Assembly: GCF_963921235.1 (NCBI RefSeq)
Contig: NC_086098.1
Location: forward strand, 5,952,001 to 6,016,000
DNA: 64,000 nucleotides
DNA from: Mobula hypostoma
Taxonomy: Eukaryota
Direction of reading: 5' to 3'
Shown here: positions 50,897-64,000 of the stretch, in pieces
Layout of the letters: the number at the start of each line of letters is the position of its first letter
Position numbering within the stretch: position 1 is the first letter of the stretch
The notes under the pieces: model-generated
What the model was told of the DNA's origin: nothing
What the model saw: the letters and a program-made list of their open reading frames with translations, nothing else
Databases searched by the model: none
Made by a program: the position numbers and the translations under genes

Positions 50897-53260
50897 TAGT
50901 CATAGTCATACTTTATTGATCCCGGGGGGAATGGTTTTCGTTACAGTTGCACCATAAATAGTAATAAAACCATAAATAGTTAAATAGTAATATGTAAATT
51001 ATGCCAGGAAATAAGTCCAGGACCAACCTATTGGCTCAGGGTGTCTGACCCTCCAAGGGAGGAGTTGTAAAGTTTGATGGCCACAGGCAGGAATGACTTC
51101 CTATGACACTCTGTTGCATCTCGGTGGAATGAGTCTCTGGCTGAATGTACTCCTGTGCCCAACCAGTACATTATGTAGTGGATGGGAGACATTGTCCAAG
51201 ATGGCATGCAACTTAGACAGCATCCTCTTTTCAGACACCACCGTGACAGAGTCCAGTTCCGTCCCCACAACATCACTGGCCTTACAAATGAGTTTGTTGA
51301 TTCTGTTGGTGTCTGCTACCCTCAGCCTGCTGCCCCAGCATACAACAGCAAACCAGGGAATTATAGACCGGTTAGCCTAACGTCGGTGGTGGGGAAACTG
51401 CTGGAGTCAGTTATCAAAGATGTGATAACAGCACATTTGGAAAGCGGTGAAATGATCGGACAAAGTCAGCATGGATTTGTGAAAGGAAAATCATGTCTGA
51501 CGAATCTCATAGAATTTTTGAGGATGTAACTAGTAGAGTGGATAGGGGAGAACCAGTGGATGTGGTATATTTGGATTTTCAAAAGGCTTTTGACAAGGTC
51601 CCACACAGGAGATTAGTGTGCAAACTTAAAGCACATGGTATTGGGGGTAAGGTATTGATGTGGATAGAGAATTGGTTAGCAGACAGGAAGCAAAGAGTGG
51701 GAATAAATGGGACCTTTTCAGAATGGCAGGCAGTGACTAGTGGGGTACTGCAAGGCTCAGTGCTGGGAGCCCAGTTGTTTACAATATATATTAATGACTT
51801 GGATGAGGGAATTAAATGCAGCATCTCCAAGTTTGCGGATGACACGAAGCTGGGTGGCAGTGTTAGCTGGAGGAGGATGCTAAGAGGATGCAGGGTGACT
51901 TGGATAGGTTGGGTGAGTGGGAAAATTCATGGCAGATGCAATTTGATGTGGATAAATGTGAAGTTATCCACTTTGGTGGCAAAAATGGGAAAACAGATTA
52001 TTATCTGAATGGTGGCCGATTAGGAAAAGGGAAGGTGCAACGAGACCTGGGTGTCATTATACACCAGTCATTGAAAGTGGGCATGCAGGTACAGCAGGCG
52101 GTGAAAAAGGTGAATGGTATGCTGGCATTTATAGCGAGAGGATTCGAGTACAGGAGCAGGGAGGTACTACTGCAGTTGTACAAGGCCTTGGTGAGACCAC
52201 ACCTGGAGTATTGTGTGCAGTTTTGGTCCCCTAATCTGAGGAAAGACATCCTTGCCATAGAGAGAGTACAAAGAAGGTTCACCAGATTGATTCCTGGGAT
52301 GGCAGGACTTTCATATGAAGAAAGACTGGATGAATTGGGCTTGTACTCGTTGGAATTTAGAAGATTGAGGGGGGATCTGATTGAAACGTATAAAATCCTA
52401 AAGGGATTGGACAGGCTAGATGCAGGAAGATTGTTCCCGATGTTGGGGAAGTCCAGAACGAGGGGTCACAGTTTGAGGATAAAGGGCCTTTTAGGACCGA
52501 GATGAGGAAAAACTTCTTCACACAGAGAGTGATGAATCTGTGGAATTCTCTGCCACAGGAAACAGTTGAGGCCAGTTCATTGGCTATATTTAAGAGGGAG
52601 TTAGATATGGCCCTTGTGGCTAAAGGGATCAGGGGGTATGGAGGGAAGGGTGTTGCAGGGTTCTGAGTTGGATGATCAGCCATGATCATAATAAATGGCA
52701 GTGCAGGCTTGAAGGGCCGAATGGCCTACTCCTGCACCTATTTTCTATGTTTCTATGTTTCTATGATAGCACTGGCCACCACAGACTCATAGAACATCCT
52801 CAGCATCGTCCGGCAGATGTTAAAGGACCTCAGTCTCCTCAGGAAATAGAGATGGCTCTGACCCTTCTTGTAGACAGCCTCAGTGTTCTTTGACTAGTCC
52901 AGTTTATTGTCAATTCGTATCCCCAGGTATTTGTAATCCTCCACCATGTCCACACTGACCCCCTGGATGGAAACAGGGGTCACCGGTACCTTAGCTCTCC
53001 TCAGGTCTACCACCAGCTCCTCAGTCGTTTTCACATTAAGCTGCAGATAATTCTGCTCACACCATGTGACAAAGTTTCCTACCGTAGCCCTGTACTCAGC
53101 CTCATCTCCCTTGCTGATGCATCCAACTATGGCAGAGTCATCCGAAAACTTCTGAAGATGACAAGACTCTGTGCAGTAGTTGAAGTCCGAGGTGTAAATG
53201 GTGAAGAGAAAGGGAGACAAGACAGTCCCCTGTGGAGCCCCAGTGCTGCTGATCACTCTG
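50897..53260 (-). mobile_element. Rex1/Babar LINE 3' half split by CR1 insertion
   Basis: STGAPQGTVLSPFLF, KFSDDS; SFLPVAIKLYN; agtcat tail. Confidence 0.9.
51350..52765 (+). mobile_element. 5'-truncated young CR1 with frameshifts
   Basis: Near-identical to RT half of full-length copy; CTATGTTT tail. Confidence 0.95.
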
Positions 53261-53446
53261 TTGGCATAATCTCTCTAATCAATTCTGGTTCTTTGTACAA
53301 CAATCAATCCTGAATCATTGATCCTCTAGTGGATCAACCATGAGCTGCTCTAAAAAGCCATTTTGTCGGCATTCTGGAAATGCCCAGTCTTGGGATTGCA
53401 GCACCAACTTGATTTTCCCAATCTACTTGCAGATTGAAATCCCCCA

Positions 53447-54046
53447 TGAAACACAGAAACATAGAAAACCTATAGCACACTACAGGCCCTTCGGCCCGCA
53501 AAATTGTGCCGAACATGTTCCTACCTTAAAAATTACTAGGCTTACCAATAGCCCTCTATTTTTCTAAGCTCCATGCACCTATCCAGAAGTCTCTTAAAAG
53601 ACCCTATCATACCCGCCTCCACCACTGTTGCCAGCAGCCTATTCCACACACTCACCACTCTCTGAGTAAAAAAAACTTACCCTTGACGTCTCCTCTGTAC
53701 CTACTCCCCAGCACCTTAAACCTGTGTCCTCTTGTGGCAACCATTTCAGCCCTGGGAAAAAGCCTCTGACTATCCACACGATCAATGCCCCTCATCATGC
53801 GAAGATCTTTGCCAGAGGCTCAGCAATCTCCTCCCTTGCCTCCCACAGTAGCCTGGGGTACATCTCATCCGGTCCTGGCGACTTATCCAACTTGATGCTT
53901 TCCAAAAGCTCCAGCACATCCTCTTTCTTAATATCTACATGCTCAAGCTTTTCAGTCCGCTGTAAGTCATCACTACAATCACCAAGATCCTTTTCCACAG
54001 TGAGTACTGAAGTAAAGTATTCATTAAGTACCTCTGCTATTTCCAC
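53447..54046 (-). mobile_element. Internally deleted CR1 nested in older CR1 endonuclease relic (53265-54240)
   Basis: LNEYFTSV, DKSPGPDEMYPRLL joined to a 3' end. Confidence 0.75.
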
Positions 54047-55054
54047 CTTTTGTACTATTGCAAAATTGACCTTTTGGCATGCATTTTCTGTCTCCCATTT
54101 TTATTTATAGACCACATCCTTATTACTGCATGGGGGTCTGTATACAACTCCCATCAGGGTCTTTTTCACCATTGGAGTTCCTTAGCTCTATCCACAATGA
54201 TTCAACACCTTCCAACCCTATGTCACCTCGTTTTAATGATCAGACGGCATCATCAAATTTATGAACCCAGCTGAAATTCCTGTTTAATATTTTATATTGA
54301 TAAATTATAGTTTCTAGTATGTGTCCGTAGTTGTATGATTTATAGGATACCTTCATTGTTTATATTTTATTTTTAATGCAAAGACCATTTGTGAATAAAA
54401 ATGCTATTTTGTTTCAATTACCTTTGAATGATTGTCACTCAAAAGCAGAAGTGTTTGGCATTCCACACCATAGGTTTATTGAGAAATAGTTCACACTTGA
54501 TTACCGGGAGGCAATGTGATAATATGCACCATAAATTAAAAACAGGTCCTGCTCAAGGGCACTGAATTTGCAATCCTTTTGAGGACCTGATTGTGTTTCA
54601 GATTGTGTTTTTTAGGGGAGATACTCAGTAAATTCAAAATTAACGAAAAGAGAGTGCCAAAATTAGTAACTTCATCTGATATAAAATCCGATGTTGGAAC
54701 AAAATCGACAGCTCTAAATGATGATTACAGTGGATGGAATGCCAATCATGCAGTTAGCATTACAAACTCCACTGATTCCACTAGAGGCTTGTAACTCACC
54801 TCCATGTGTTGGTTGCCTGCAGAGGGAAATTGTTTGCTACCACTCCGATCTGCTGAGAACTCAGTGCCTCCACAATCCACCATGCTTTGTGCCAAATTGT
54901 AACACCTGAAGAACCCACCACCACATGTATCAAGGGCAAAGGTTTCCAGAACTTGTTGCAGTTTGTCACACCACACCAGATCACATCTGTGAGTTGTTTT
55001 CAAAAACGGCATCAGAGTTAAAATAATTAAATCCCCCAAAGCAGGAGGGTATCT

Positions 55055-55711
55055 CAGTGAACACTAATGGAAGTATGCCCCATGGCCTCTTTGTTAGGTA
55101 CAGGAGTGGAACTCATTGTGTTCGTCTGCTGCTGCCACTCATCCACTTCAAGATTCGACATTGTGTACTCAGACATGCTCTTCTGCACATCTCTCTTGTA
55201 ACGTGTTATTTGAGTTACTGTTGCCTTCCTGTCAGTTTGAACCAGTCTGGCCATTCTCCTCTGACCTCTCTCATTAACATAACGTTTTCCCTCACAGAAG
55301 TGCCGACCCCGGGATGTTTTTTTTTTTGTTTTCAGACCATTCTCTGTAAACCCTGAAGCAGGAGTTCCCAACCTGGTGTCCACGGACCCCTGAGTTAGTG
55401 GTGTGGGTCCATGGCATAAAAAAGGTTGCAAACCCCTTCTCTAGAGACTGGTGTGCACAAAAATCCCAGGGGATCAGCGGTTTCTGAGATACTCAAACCA
55501 CCCCATCTGGCACAAATAATCATTCCATGGTCAATGTTATTTAGATCACATTTCTTCCCCATTCTGATATTTAGTCTGAATAGCATCTGAACCTCTTGAT
55601 CATGTCTGCATGTTTTTATGCATTGGGTTGCTGCCACATGATTAGCTGATTATATATTTGCATTAATGATCGCGTGTACAGGTGTACCTAATAATATAGC
55701 CATTTAGTGTA
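55055..55711 (-). mobile_element. Tc1 transposon relic with 80-bp hAT MITE at 55359-55438
   Basis: MGKKCDL..GMII.ARW.GLSISETA; RGQRRMARLVQTDRKATV. Confidence 0.85.
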
Positions 55712-55944
55712 CGTGTCAAATTTTATAAAGAGTCATCACATGTCTAAATTATACTATCATTGTCAATTATTCTCACACCAGATATTAACCAAGGTGGTGT
55801 ACAGAAAGATGATCCAGTGGTGTTAACAGTATGTAAGTATTGTTAAATATTTGTAATATTTAACAATATTATAAAGTATTGTAGGTCCATAAAGAGCATT
55901 ACATACATACTGTTACGTAGGTACGTATGTTAGATACATGGGTT

Positions 55945-56570
55945 TTTAGATTATGAAGACACGCAGTCCTCTTTTATTGTCATTTAGTAATGCATGCATT
56001 AAGAAATGATACAATATTCCTCCGATGTGATATCACAGAAACACAGGACAGACCAAGACTGAAAAAACTAACAAAAACCACATAATTATAACATATAGTT
56101 ACAACAGTGCAACAATACCATAACTTGATGAAGAACAGTCCATCGCACAGTAAAAAGTTCAAAGTCTCTCAAATGTCCCACATCTCACGCAGACGGGAGA
56201 AAGAAGAAAAACTCTCCCGGCCATGCCCGACCACAATCCGTCTCTGAGTCATCAGAAAACTTCGAGCCTCTGAATCAGCTCTCCAACACCGAGTACTGAG
56301 CGCCATCTCTGTCCGATTGATTTGACCTCAATCTCGGTCGCCAACAGCAGGCAAAGCCAAGGATTCTGAGGCCTTCCCTCCGGAAGATTCCCAACCGCAC
56401 AGTAATGACAGCAGCGAACGAGCGTTTCTGAAATTTCTCTAGATGTTCCTCTGTGCTTTCACATCCGTCTCCATCAAATCAGAATTGTCCACGGCCCCTA
56501 TTTAACGGATACGATATCATTTTTCACCGGAGGGCTGCGCACACGCGGCACGCTGCTCTCTCTCCTTCCG
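55945..56570 (-). mobile_element. Family X non-autonomous retroposon, copy 3 (more diverged)
   Basis: Homologous to 10501-11170. Confidence 0.8.
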
Positions 56571-56856
56571 CCAGTGACCAAAGAAAAAAAAATGTCTGGA
56601 GTCTCTTAGCAGTTTATTGGAAGGGCGTTTATTCTGTGGGTTAAAAATCAAGCAGTAGCAAAAATAACGAAAAGAAAAATGCCAACATTTACAAAAAGAT
56701 ATCTCCAAAAGAACACAATAATATCTCTGTGCTTAGCCTTGTCCTGTGAAATCTCCTGGCAGACCAAATCTCTCTCTCATCCTGAGGGCAACGAACTCCA
56801 CTTATTAGGCACCAGGCGTACCATGTTTAATGACCCACAAAGTTAACATCAGACTA

Positions 56857-56857
<1 letters not shown>

Positions 56858-56904
<47 letters not shown>

Positions 56905-56910
56905 TGTGTG
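56858..56910. repeat. (TG)n microsatellite with CG interruption
   Basis: Direct reading. Confidence 0.95.
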
Positions 56911-56984
56911 TTCTCCATCACACTATAACACTCCATATCTGTAACAGCATAAACACATGGCACAAAGATAAAATTTAACAGTAT

Positions 56985-57378
56985 GTCTGTCTAGATACCA
57001 TATCCGATGCGGACGTTGGTGACCATGGTTTTCCATACAGATCTATCCCTCGTTCTTTGGGTGACTTCCACTTCCTCGATGTGTAGCCACCTGACTAGGC
57101 TTTTGATGTACATAAGCCGAGGTCTTCCTCTAGGTTTGCTCCCCTCAATCTTTCCAGAGAGTATGAGTTTTTCTAGTTAATCTTTCCACATGAAGATTCC
57201 TAGGAATCTGAGTTGTCTTTCTCTTCTTGTTGGTATGAGTGATCGAACTGCTTGGGCTCTTCTGAGAACTTCTTCATTTGATGTGTGTGTGGTCCATGAT
57301 ATTTTTAACAATCTCCTATAGAACCATAATTCAGCTGCTTCTAGTCTCTTTTCCATTGCTGGGGAAATGGTCCAGCAT
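56985..57378 (-). mobile_element. RTE LINE 3' fragment
   Basis: KRLEAAELWFYRRLLKISW..SNEEVL..RQLRFLG. Confidence 0.85.
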
Positions 57379-57774
57379 TTCCCCAGCATGGTTAACCATG
57401 GTTAATACATAAAAAGTGTATTTTCTTCAAAATATGTCTGCTAAATGTTTATTGATAATGCCAAATACTTAAAACTCACAGATATTGATGTTTCATGGGC
57501 AAATAAAGAGTTGGATGTCTCTCCTCAGTGTGCTTCGAATCAGAAAATCAGCCTGCATACAGGAAGGGGTATTTATACAAAGTGAACTGCGCCTCTAGAG
57601 GGTGCCAAGCTCTCAGACACTACAGAACGAGCATAATGGGGCCTCTCTGTTCTCTGTGTGTGAACTGAGTAGACAAGGGACTCCAAAGCACTTTACCCCT
57701 CTATTGTCACATAATTTAAGTTACTACTGGAGGATCCTGATCCACTCTTAAAGAAGGGTTCTGTCCTGAAGTAT

Positions 57775-58076
57775 CAAGCAATACACATCAAAGTTGCTGG
57801 TGAACGCAGCAGGCCAGGCAGCATCTCTAGGAGAGGTACAGTCGACGTTTTGGGCTGAGACCCTTCGTCAGGGCTAACTGAAAGAAGAGCTAGTAAGAGA
57901 TTTTTGGTAGTAAGAGCTGGTAAGAGCTCTTCTTTCAGTTAGCCCTGACGAAGGGTCTCGGCCCAAAACGTCGACTGTACCTCTTCCTAGAGATGCTGCC
58001 TGGCCTGCTGCGTTCACCAGCAACTTTTATGTATACTGCTTGAAATTCCAGCAACTGCAGATGTCTTCGTGTTTGC
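57775..58076. mobile_element. Palindromic mini-Penelope element with two hammerhead-like motifs
   Basis: Arms 57774-57891 / 57925-58043; TSD gtcctgaagtat / gtcctgaaatat. Confidence 0.85.
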
Positions 58077-58259
58077 GTCCTGAAATATTGTTTGTTTACT
58101 CATTCCATAGATGGTGCCTGGCCTCCTGAGTTTCTCCAGCATTTTGTGTGTGTTGCTTATTACTGGAGAAATGGTGTTTTCAGTGTGGGACCTGTCACAC
58201 CTTATCTCTCCACAACCTCCACTAGTTTGTTTTATTTTTATTTGGACAGACAGGCCTCC

Positions 58260-58500
58260 AGCTCAACCAGCCGCACTGCTCAACAACCACCTATTTAACC
58301 CTAGCGAAATCACAGGAGAGTTTACAATGACCAATCAAACTAATAACTCAAATGTCTTTGGACTGTAGGAGGAAACCAGAACACCCAGAGGAAACCCACA
58401 CAGTTCATGGGAAGAACGTACCATCTCCTTACAGACGGCACCAGAGTTGAAGTCTGGAATGCCCTCAGCTGTAATGAAGTTGTACTGACCGCGGCACTGC
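58260..58500 (-). mobile_element. V-SINE
   Basis: gtctttggactgtaggaggaaaccagaacacccagaggaaaccc. Confidence 0.7.
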
Positions 58501-58909
58501 CATAGTTGTGTCAGTTTGGCAGCCATTTCAGTCATGTAGACATGGAGGCACATTGCACAAGGCAGCATTCTCTCAAATTCCATCTGGCTGATGTGCTCAA
58601 GCAAGGGATGGACAGGTAAAAATCCCTCTTTGGCAACTCATGAACAAACTGGGGTTATACACCCTAAATGCTGGAGAAACTCAGCAGGTCAGGCAGCATC
58701 TTATGGAGAGGAACAATAGCCAGTGTTTTTGGCTGAGACCTTTCATAAGATTCGAAACAAAGGAGGAGGAAGCCAGAATAAGTGGGTGGGGGAAGGGGGA
58801 AAGATACAAGCTAGAAAGTCAAATGAAGATTGGTCATCCTGCACCTTCATGTTTTCACATAAACCTGAATTTTTAATGGCATTGTATCTCCCTTAAATCC
58901 AAAATAAAA

Positions 58910-59193
58910 TGAATGATTGCCACTGCATTTAGCGTGCCAGCAATCCAGCTTGGAGCTTCGGAGTTCAGACTTCAATTCCAGAAGTTTATATGTTCTCCCT
59001 GTGACCGTGCAGGTTTCCTCCGGGTGCTCTGGTTTTCTCCCACAGTCCAAAGACGTACCTGTTAGTAGGTTAATTGGTCATTGTAAATTCTCCCATGATT
59101 TGGCTAGGGTTAAATTGGGGGATTGCTGGGCAGTGCAGATCAAAGGGCCGGAAGGGCCTATTCTGCATTGTATCTCTAAATAAAATCAATAAA
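58910..59193 (+). mobile_element. V-SINE with CR1-like tail
   Basis: gtttcctccgggtgctctggttttctcccacagtccaaagac; tail gggccggaagggcctattctg. Confidence 0.75.
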
Positions 59194-59594
59194 GACATTC
59201 TGAAACATATTAAAAAGACATAATGTTCATTTGTAAGATTCCATCCTCTTCAGAATGTTGTACTGGCTCCTGTAAATAACACACTGTTATAAAGTTGGAG
59301 TAAATCATGTGAACAAATTAATTACTGAACAAGTTACTGAATACAAATGCTCTTATTCAAAGAGCTACAACCATTAATACTCAGAAATAATTCATGTTGT
59401 GATAACAAGCTGAAATGCAACACTTCATCAGAACGTTCAGGAGCTCTGTCTTCCTGGTTATAATGAATGTCCCATGATGGTTTATATTGGAGATGGAGCA
59501 GAAAGCTGGTGCAAGTCCACTTGATACGGTACACCACTACAAATCATTAATGCACATATCTAATCAGCCAATCAGGTGGCAGCAACTCAATGAA

Positions 59595-59772
59595 TAGGTT
59601 GCAGAATTCACAGTTCAACTCTGATGCCATCTCTAAGGAGTTTGTATGTTCTCCCTGTGACCACTTGGGTTTCCTCCGGGTGCTCCAGTTTCCTTCCACA
59701 GTCCAAAGACATACCAGTGAATAGGTTGATTGGTCATTGTAAATTGCCTCGTGATGAAGCTCGAGTTAAAAC
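59595..59772 (+). mobile_element. V-SINE fragment
   Basis: gggtttcctccgggtgctccagtttccttccacagtccaaagac. Confidence 0.7.
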
Positions 59773-60444
59773 CTGCTCCTATAGTTTGACGTGACCATTA
59801 TGGGAGAGGGAGTCTAAGCAGATGCTGCACCTTGTCCGAGGGTGACCTGCAGGCTAGCGGATGGAAGGAGTGCCCTACACTTCCTTTGGTAGAGATGTCT
59901 CTCCAACCCAACACCCAGACTGTTCATAGCAAAATAGATATAGTGAAATGTAAAGGTCAGAGACAAATCTGAAGGCAGAGTCTGAAATAAAAGTAATAAA
60001 TCAGAATCAGCTTTAACATCACCGGCAGATGTTGTGAAATTTGTCAACTTTGCAGCAGCAGTACAATGAAGTATATGATAATAGAAACATAGAAACATAG
60101 AAAATAGGTGCAGGAGTAGGCCATTCGGAGTAGGCATAATGTAGCGAAAGAAATAGCAAAGTCAGTTACAGTAAGTATATACGTGTGTGTGTGTATTAAA
60201 TAGTTAAATTAAAAATAGTACAAAAACAAAAATAATAAAACTGAGGTAATGTTCATGAACTCAACGTCTATTTAGGAATCGGATGGCAGAGGGGAAGAAG
60301 CTGTTCCTGAATCGCTGAGTGCGTGCCCTCAACTTCTGTACCTCCTTCCGGACTGTAACAATGAGAAGAGAGGATATCCAGGGTGAGGAAGTCCTTCAAA
60401 TATGGAGGCCACTTTTCTGAGGCACAACTCCTTGAAAGTGTCCT

Positions 60445-60845
60445 GTATAAGACAAAAAGACCACATTATTATATGGGAGGAGAATTAGGTCATTTGGCCC
60501 ATTGAGTCTTCACCATTTCATCATAGTTGATCCAATTTTCCTCTCAGCCCCAATCTCCTACCTTCTCCCTATTTCTCTTCATGCCCTGACCAGTCAAGAA
60601 TCTATCAACCTCTGCCTTAAATATACATAGAGACTTAGCCTCCAGAGCTGCCTGTGGCAGAGAATTCCACAGATCCACCACTCCCTAGCTAAAGAAATTC
60701 CTCCTCACCTCTGTTCTAAAAGCACACCCCTCTATGCTGAGGCTGCGTCCTCTGGTCTTAGACTTAGACTCTTCCACCATAGGAAGCATCCTCTCCACTT
60801 CCACTCTATCAATGTCTTCCACCATCCAATAGCTTTCAATGAGAT
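60445..60845 (-). mobile_element. CR1 3' end; probably continuous with 62455-64000
   Basis: 3' UTR and antisense KTRGRSL..FFS motifs. Confidence 0.8.
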
Positions 60846-60849
60846 CAGA

Positions 60850-62452
60850 CCAATGGTTTGAGATGTGTCTATTTTAATGCAAGGAGTGTTATGAACAAAG
60901 TGGATGAGTTGAGAGCATGGATCAGTACTTGGAGCTATGATGCCATGCCCATTACAGAGGCTTGGATGGCTCAGGGGCAGGAATGGTTACTTCAAGTGCC
61001 GGGTTTTAGATGTTTCAGAAAGGACAGGGAGGGGGGCAAAAGAGGTGGGGGCACGGCATTGCTGATCAGAGATAGTGTCACGGCTGCAGAAAAGGAGGAA
61101 GTCATGGAGGGATTGTCTACTGAGTCTCTGTGGGTGGAAGTTAGGAACAGCAAGTGGTCAATAACTCTACTGGGGTTTTTCTTATAGACCACCCAATAGT
61201 AACAGGGACATAGAGGAGCAGATAGGGAGACAGATTCTGGAAAGGTGTAATAATAACAGGCTGTTGCGGTGGGAGATTTTAATTTCCCAAATATCGATTG
61301 GCATGTCCCTAGAGCGAGGGGTCTAGATGGGGTGGAGTTTGTTAGGTGTGCTCAAGAAGGCTTCTGGACACAATATGTAGATAAGCCTACAAGAGGAGAG
61401 GCTGTACTTGATCTGGTATTGGGAAATGAACTTATCAAGTGTCAGATCTCTCAGTGGGAGAGCATTTTAGAGATAGCGATCATAATTCTGTCTCCTTTAC
61501 CATAGCTTTGGAGAGGGATAGGAACAGACAAGTTGGGAAAGTGTTTAATTTGAGTAAGGGGAAGTATAAGGCTATCAGGCAGGAACTTGGAAGCATAAAC
61601 TGGAAACAATGTTCTCAGAGAAACGTATGGAAGAAATGTGGCAAATGTTCAGGGGATATTTGCATGGAGTTCTGCACAGGTACGTTCCAATGAGACAGGG
61701 AAAGGATGGTAGGGTACAGGAACCGTGGTGTACAAAGGCTGTTGTAAATCTAGTCAAGAAGAAATGAGCTTACAATAGGTTTAAAAACTAGGCAATGACA
61801 GAGATCTAGCATTCACTACAGAAAAGGATCTAGGTGATTGTAGGGATGACTTACAGTGGACTAAAAAGCTTGAGCATGTAGATATTAAGGAAGAGGACGT
61901 GCTGGAGCTTTTGGAAAGCATCAAGTTGGAGAAGGCTCCGGACCGGACGAGATGTATCCCAGGCTATGGTGGGAGACAAGGGAGGAGATTGCAGAGCCTC
62001 TTACGATGCTTTGCATCATCAATCGAATGGGAGAGGTTCTGGTGGATTGGGGGCTGCAGATGTTATTCCCTTATTGAAGGAAGGGAGTAGAGATTGCCCA
62101 GGAAATTATAGACCAGTGAGTCTTACTTCAGTGGTTGGTAAGTTGATGGAGAAGATCCTGAGAGGCAGGATTCATGAACATTTGGAGAGGTATAATATGA
62201 TTAGGAATAGTCAGCATGGCTTTGTCAAAGGCAGGTCGTATCTTACGATCCTGACTGAATTTTTTGAGGATGTGACTAAACACATTGATGAAGGTAGAGC
62301 TGTAGATGTAGTGTATATGGATTTCAGCAAGGCATTTGAAAAGGTACCCCATGCAAGGCTTATTGAGAAAGTAAGGAGGCATGGGACCCGTGGGGACATT
62401 GTTTTCTCGATCCAGAACTGGCTTGCCCATAGAAGGCAAAGAATGGTTGTGA
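60850..62452 (+). mobile_element. Degraded CR1 endonuclease + RT N-half
   Basis: YFNARSVMNK, GDFNFPNIDW, PGNYRPVSLTS, YMDFSKAF. Confidence 0.9.
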
Positions 62453-62454
62453 AT

Positions 62455-64000
62455 ATATGGCCAGAGCTATCAAACGCTCTTCATATGACGTCATTCAATG
62501 CTGGAAACAATTTCGTGAACCTCCTTTGAACCCTCTCCAGTTTCAGCACATCCTTCATAAGATAAGGAACCCACAACTGCTCACAACACTCCAAGTGAGG
62601 CCTCACCATTGCTTTATGAAATATCAACATTACATCGTTGTTTTGATATTTTAGTCCTCTTGAAATGAATGCTAACAGTTCATGTGCCTTCTTCATCATA
62701 GACTCAACCTGCAAATTAACCTCTAGGGAATCCTGCACAAGGACTCACAAATCCCTTTACACCTCAGTTTTTTGTATTTTCTCTACATTCAGAATTTAGT
62801 CAACCCTTTCATTTTTTCTAAAAAAAAAGTGCATAACCATACACTTCCCAACACGGTATTCCACCTGCTATTTCTTTGCCTATTCTCCTGATCTGCCCAA
62901 GTCATTCTTAGTCTCCCTACTTCTGCAAAACTACCTGCCCTCCACTCATATTCATATCATCTGCAAACTTTGCAACAAAGCACATATAAATCATTGACAT
63001 ATAATGTAAAATGATTCGGTCCCAACACAGACCCCTGTGGAACATCACTAGTCACTGGAAGCAATCGGAAAAGTCTTCCTTTACTTCCACTGTTTCCCTA
63101 CTGCCAATCAGCCACTGCTTTATCCATGCTAGAATATTTCCTGTAATTCCATGGGCTCATAGCTTGTTAAGCAGTCTCAAGTGTGGCACTTTGTCAAAGG
63201 CCTTCCGAAAATCCAAGTACACAACATCAACCGATTCTCCTTTGTCTATCCTGCTTGGTATTTCTTCAAAGAATTACAACAGATATGTCAGGCAATACTT
63301 TTCCCTCAGGGAAACTATGCTGATTACGGCCTATTTTGGAATGTGCTTCCAAGTGCCCTGAGATCTCATCCTTAATAATCATTTCCAATATCTTCCAAAC
63401 CACCAACATCAGACTACCTGGCCTATAGTTTATTTTCTCTACCCTCTCCCTTCTTGAAGAGTGGAGTGACATTTACAATTTTCCAGACTCCCAGAACCAT
63501 TCCAGAATCTAGGTATTCTTGAAAAATCATTGCTAATGCCTCCACGATCTCTTCAGCCACCTCTTCCAGAACCCTGGGGTGCACCCAAGGTGACTTACCT
63601 ACCATCAGACCTTTCAGTTTCCCAAGAATCTTCTGTCTAGATATGGTACTTTTGCACACTTCATGCCCCTGATACCTGGAACTTTCACCATACTGCTCTT
63701 GTCTTTCACAGTGAAGACTGATGCAAAATACTTACTCAGTTCATCCGCTATTTCATTGTTCTCCATTACTACCTCTCCAGCGTTGTTTACTAGAGGTCAA
63801 GTGTCCTCTCATGCCTCTCTTTTACACTTTATGTATCTGAAGAAACTTTTGGTATCCTCTTTAATATTCTTTGCAGCTTATTTTCGTATTCCATTCTTAC
63901 CTTCTTAATGACGTTCTTAGTTCTTTTCCAATCAATTTTGGCTAACTCCTCTCTCATGCTTCTGTAATTCACTTTACTCCACTGTAATGCTGTTACATCT
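62455..64000 (-). mobile_element. Degraded CR1 RT region
   Basis: MVRPHLECCEQLW, HPRVLEEVAEEI. Confidence 0.9.

Noticed and set aside
57585..57605. CTCF-like site
   Set aside because: Core is one base short of the consensus spacing.

Overview
Non-genic, transposon-saturated vertebrate DNA, not prokaryotic. The repeat mix (CR1 LINEs with CTATGTTT tails, Rex1/Babar LINEs, Penelope elements, V-SINEs, Buster/Charlie hAT and Tc1 relics) suggests a cartilaginous fish, probably a ray; this is an inference. Almost every ORF in the track is a transposon fragment or its antisense shadow, and no host gene could be identified. Main points: (1) a near-intact, young full-length CR1 (17845-22373, minus strand) whose ORF1 stop is directly preceded by an in-phase T_TTA_AAC slippery heptamer opening into an ORF2 with no AUG ahead of its endonuclease, a candidate -1 ribosomal frameshift; it also has a tandem promoter-like 5' monomer and a perfect 125-bp inverted flank duplication; (2) Penelope elements with minimal hammerhead ribozyme motifs, recurring as fold-back insertions with 12-13 bp target duplications; (3) a degenerate HDV-like fold at the exact 5' end of an RTE-type insertion; (4) local DNA-level duplications and unnamed non-autonomous repeat families. 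Boundaries of old degraded elements are approximate, and family names come from motif recognition, not database searches.
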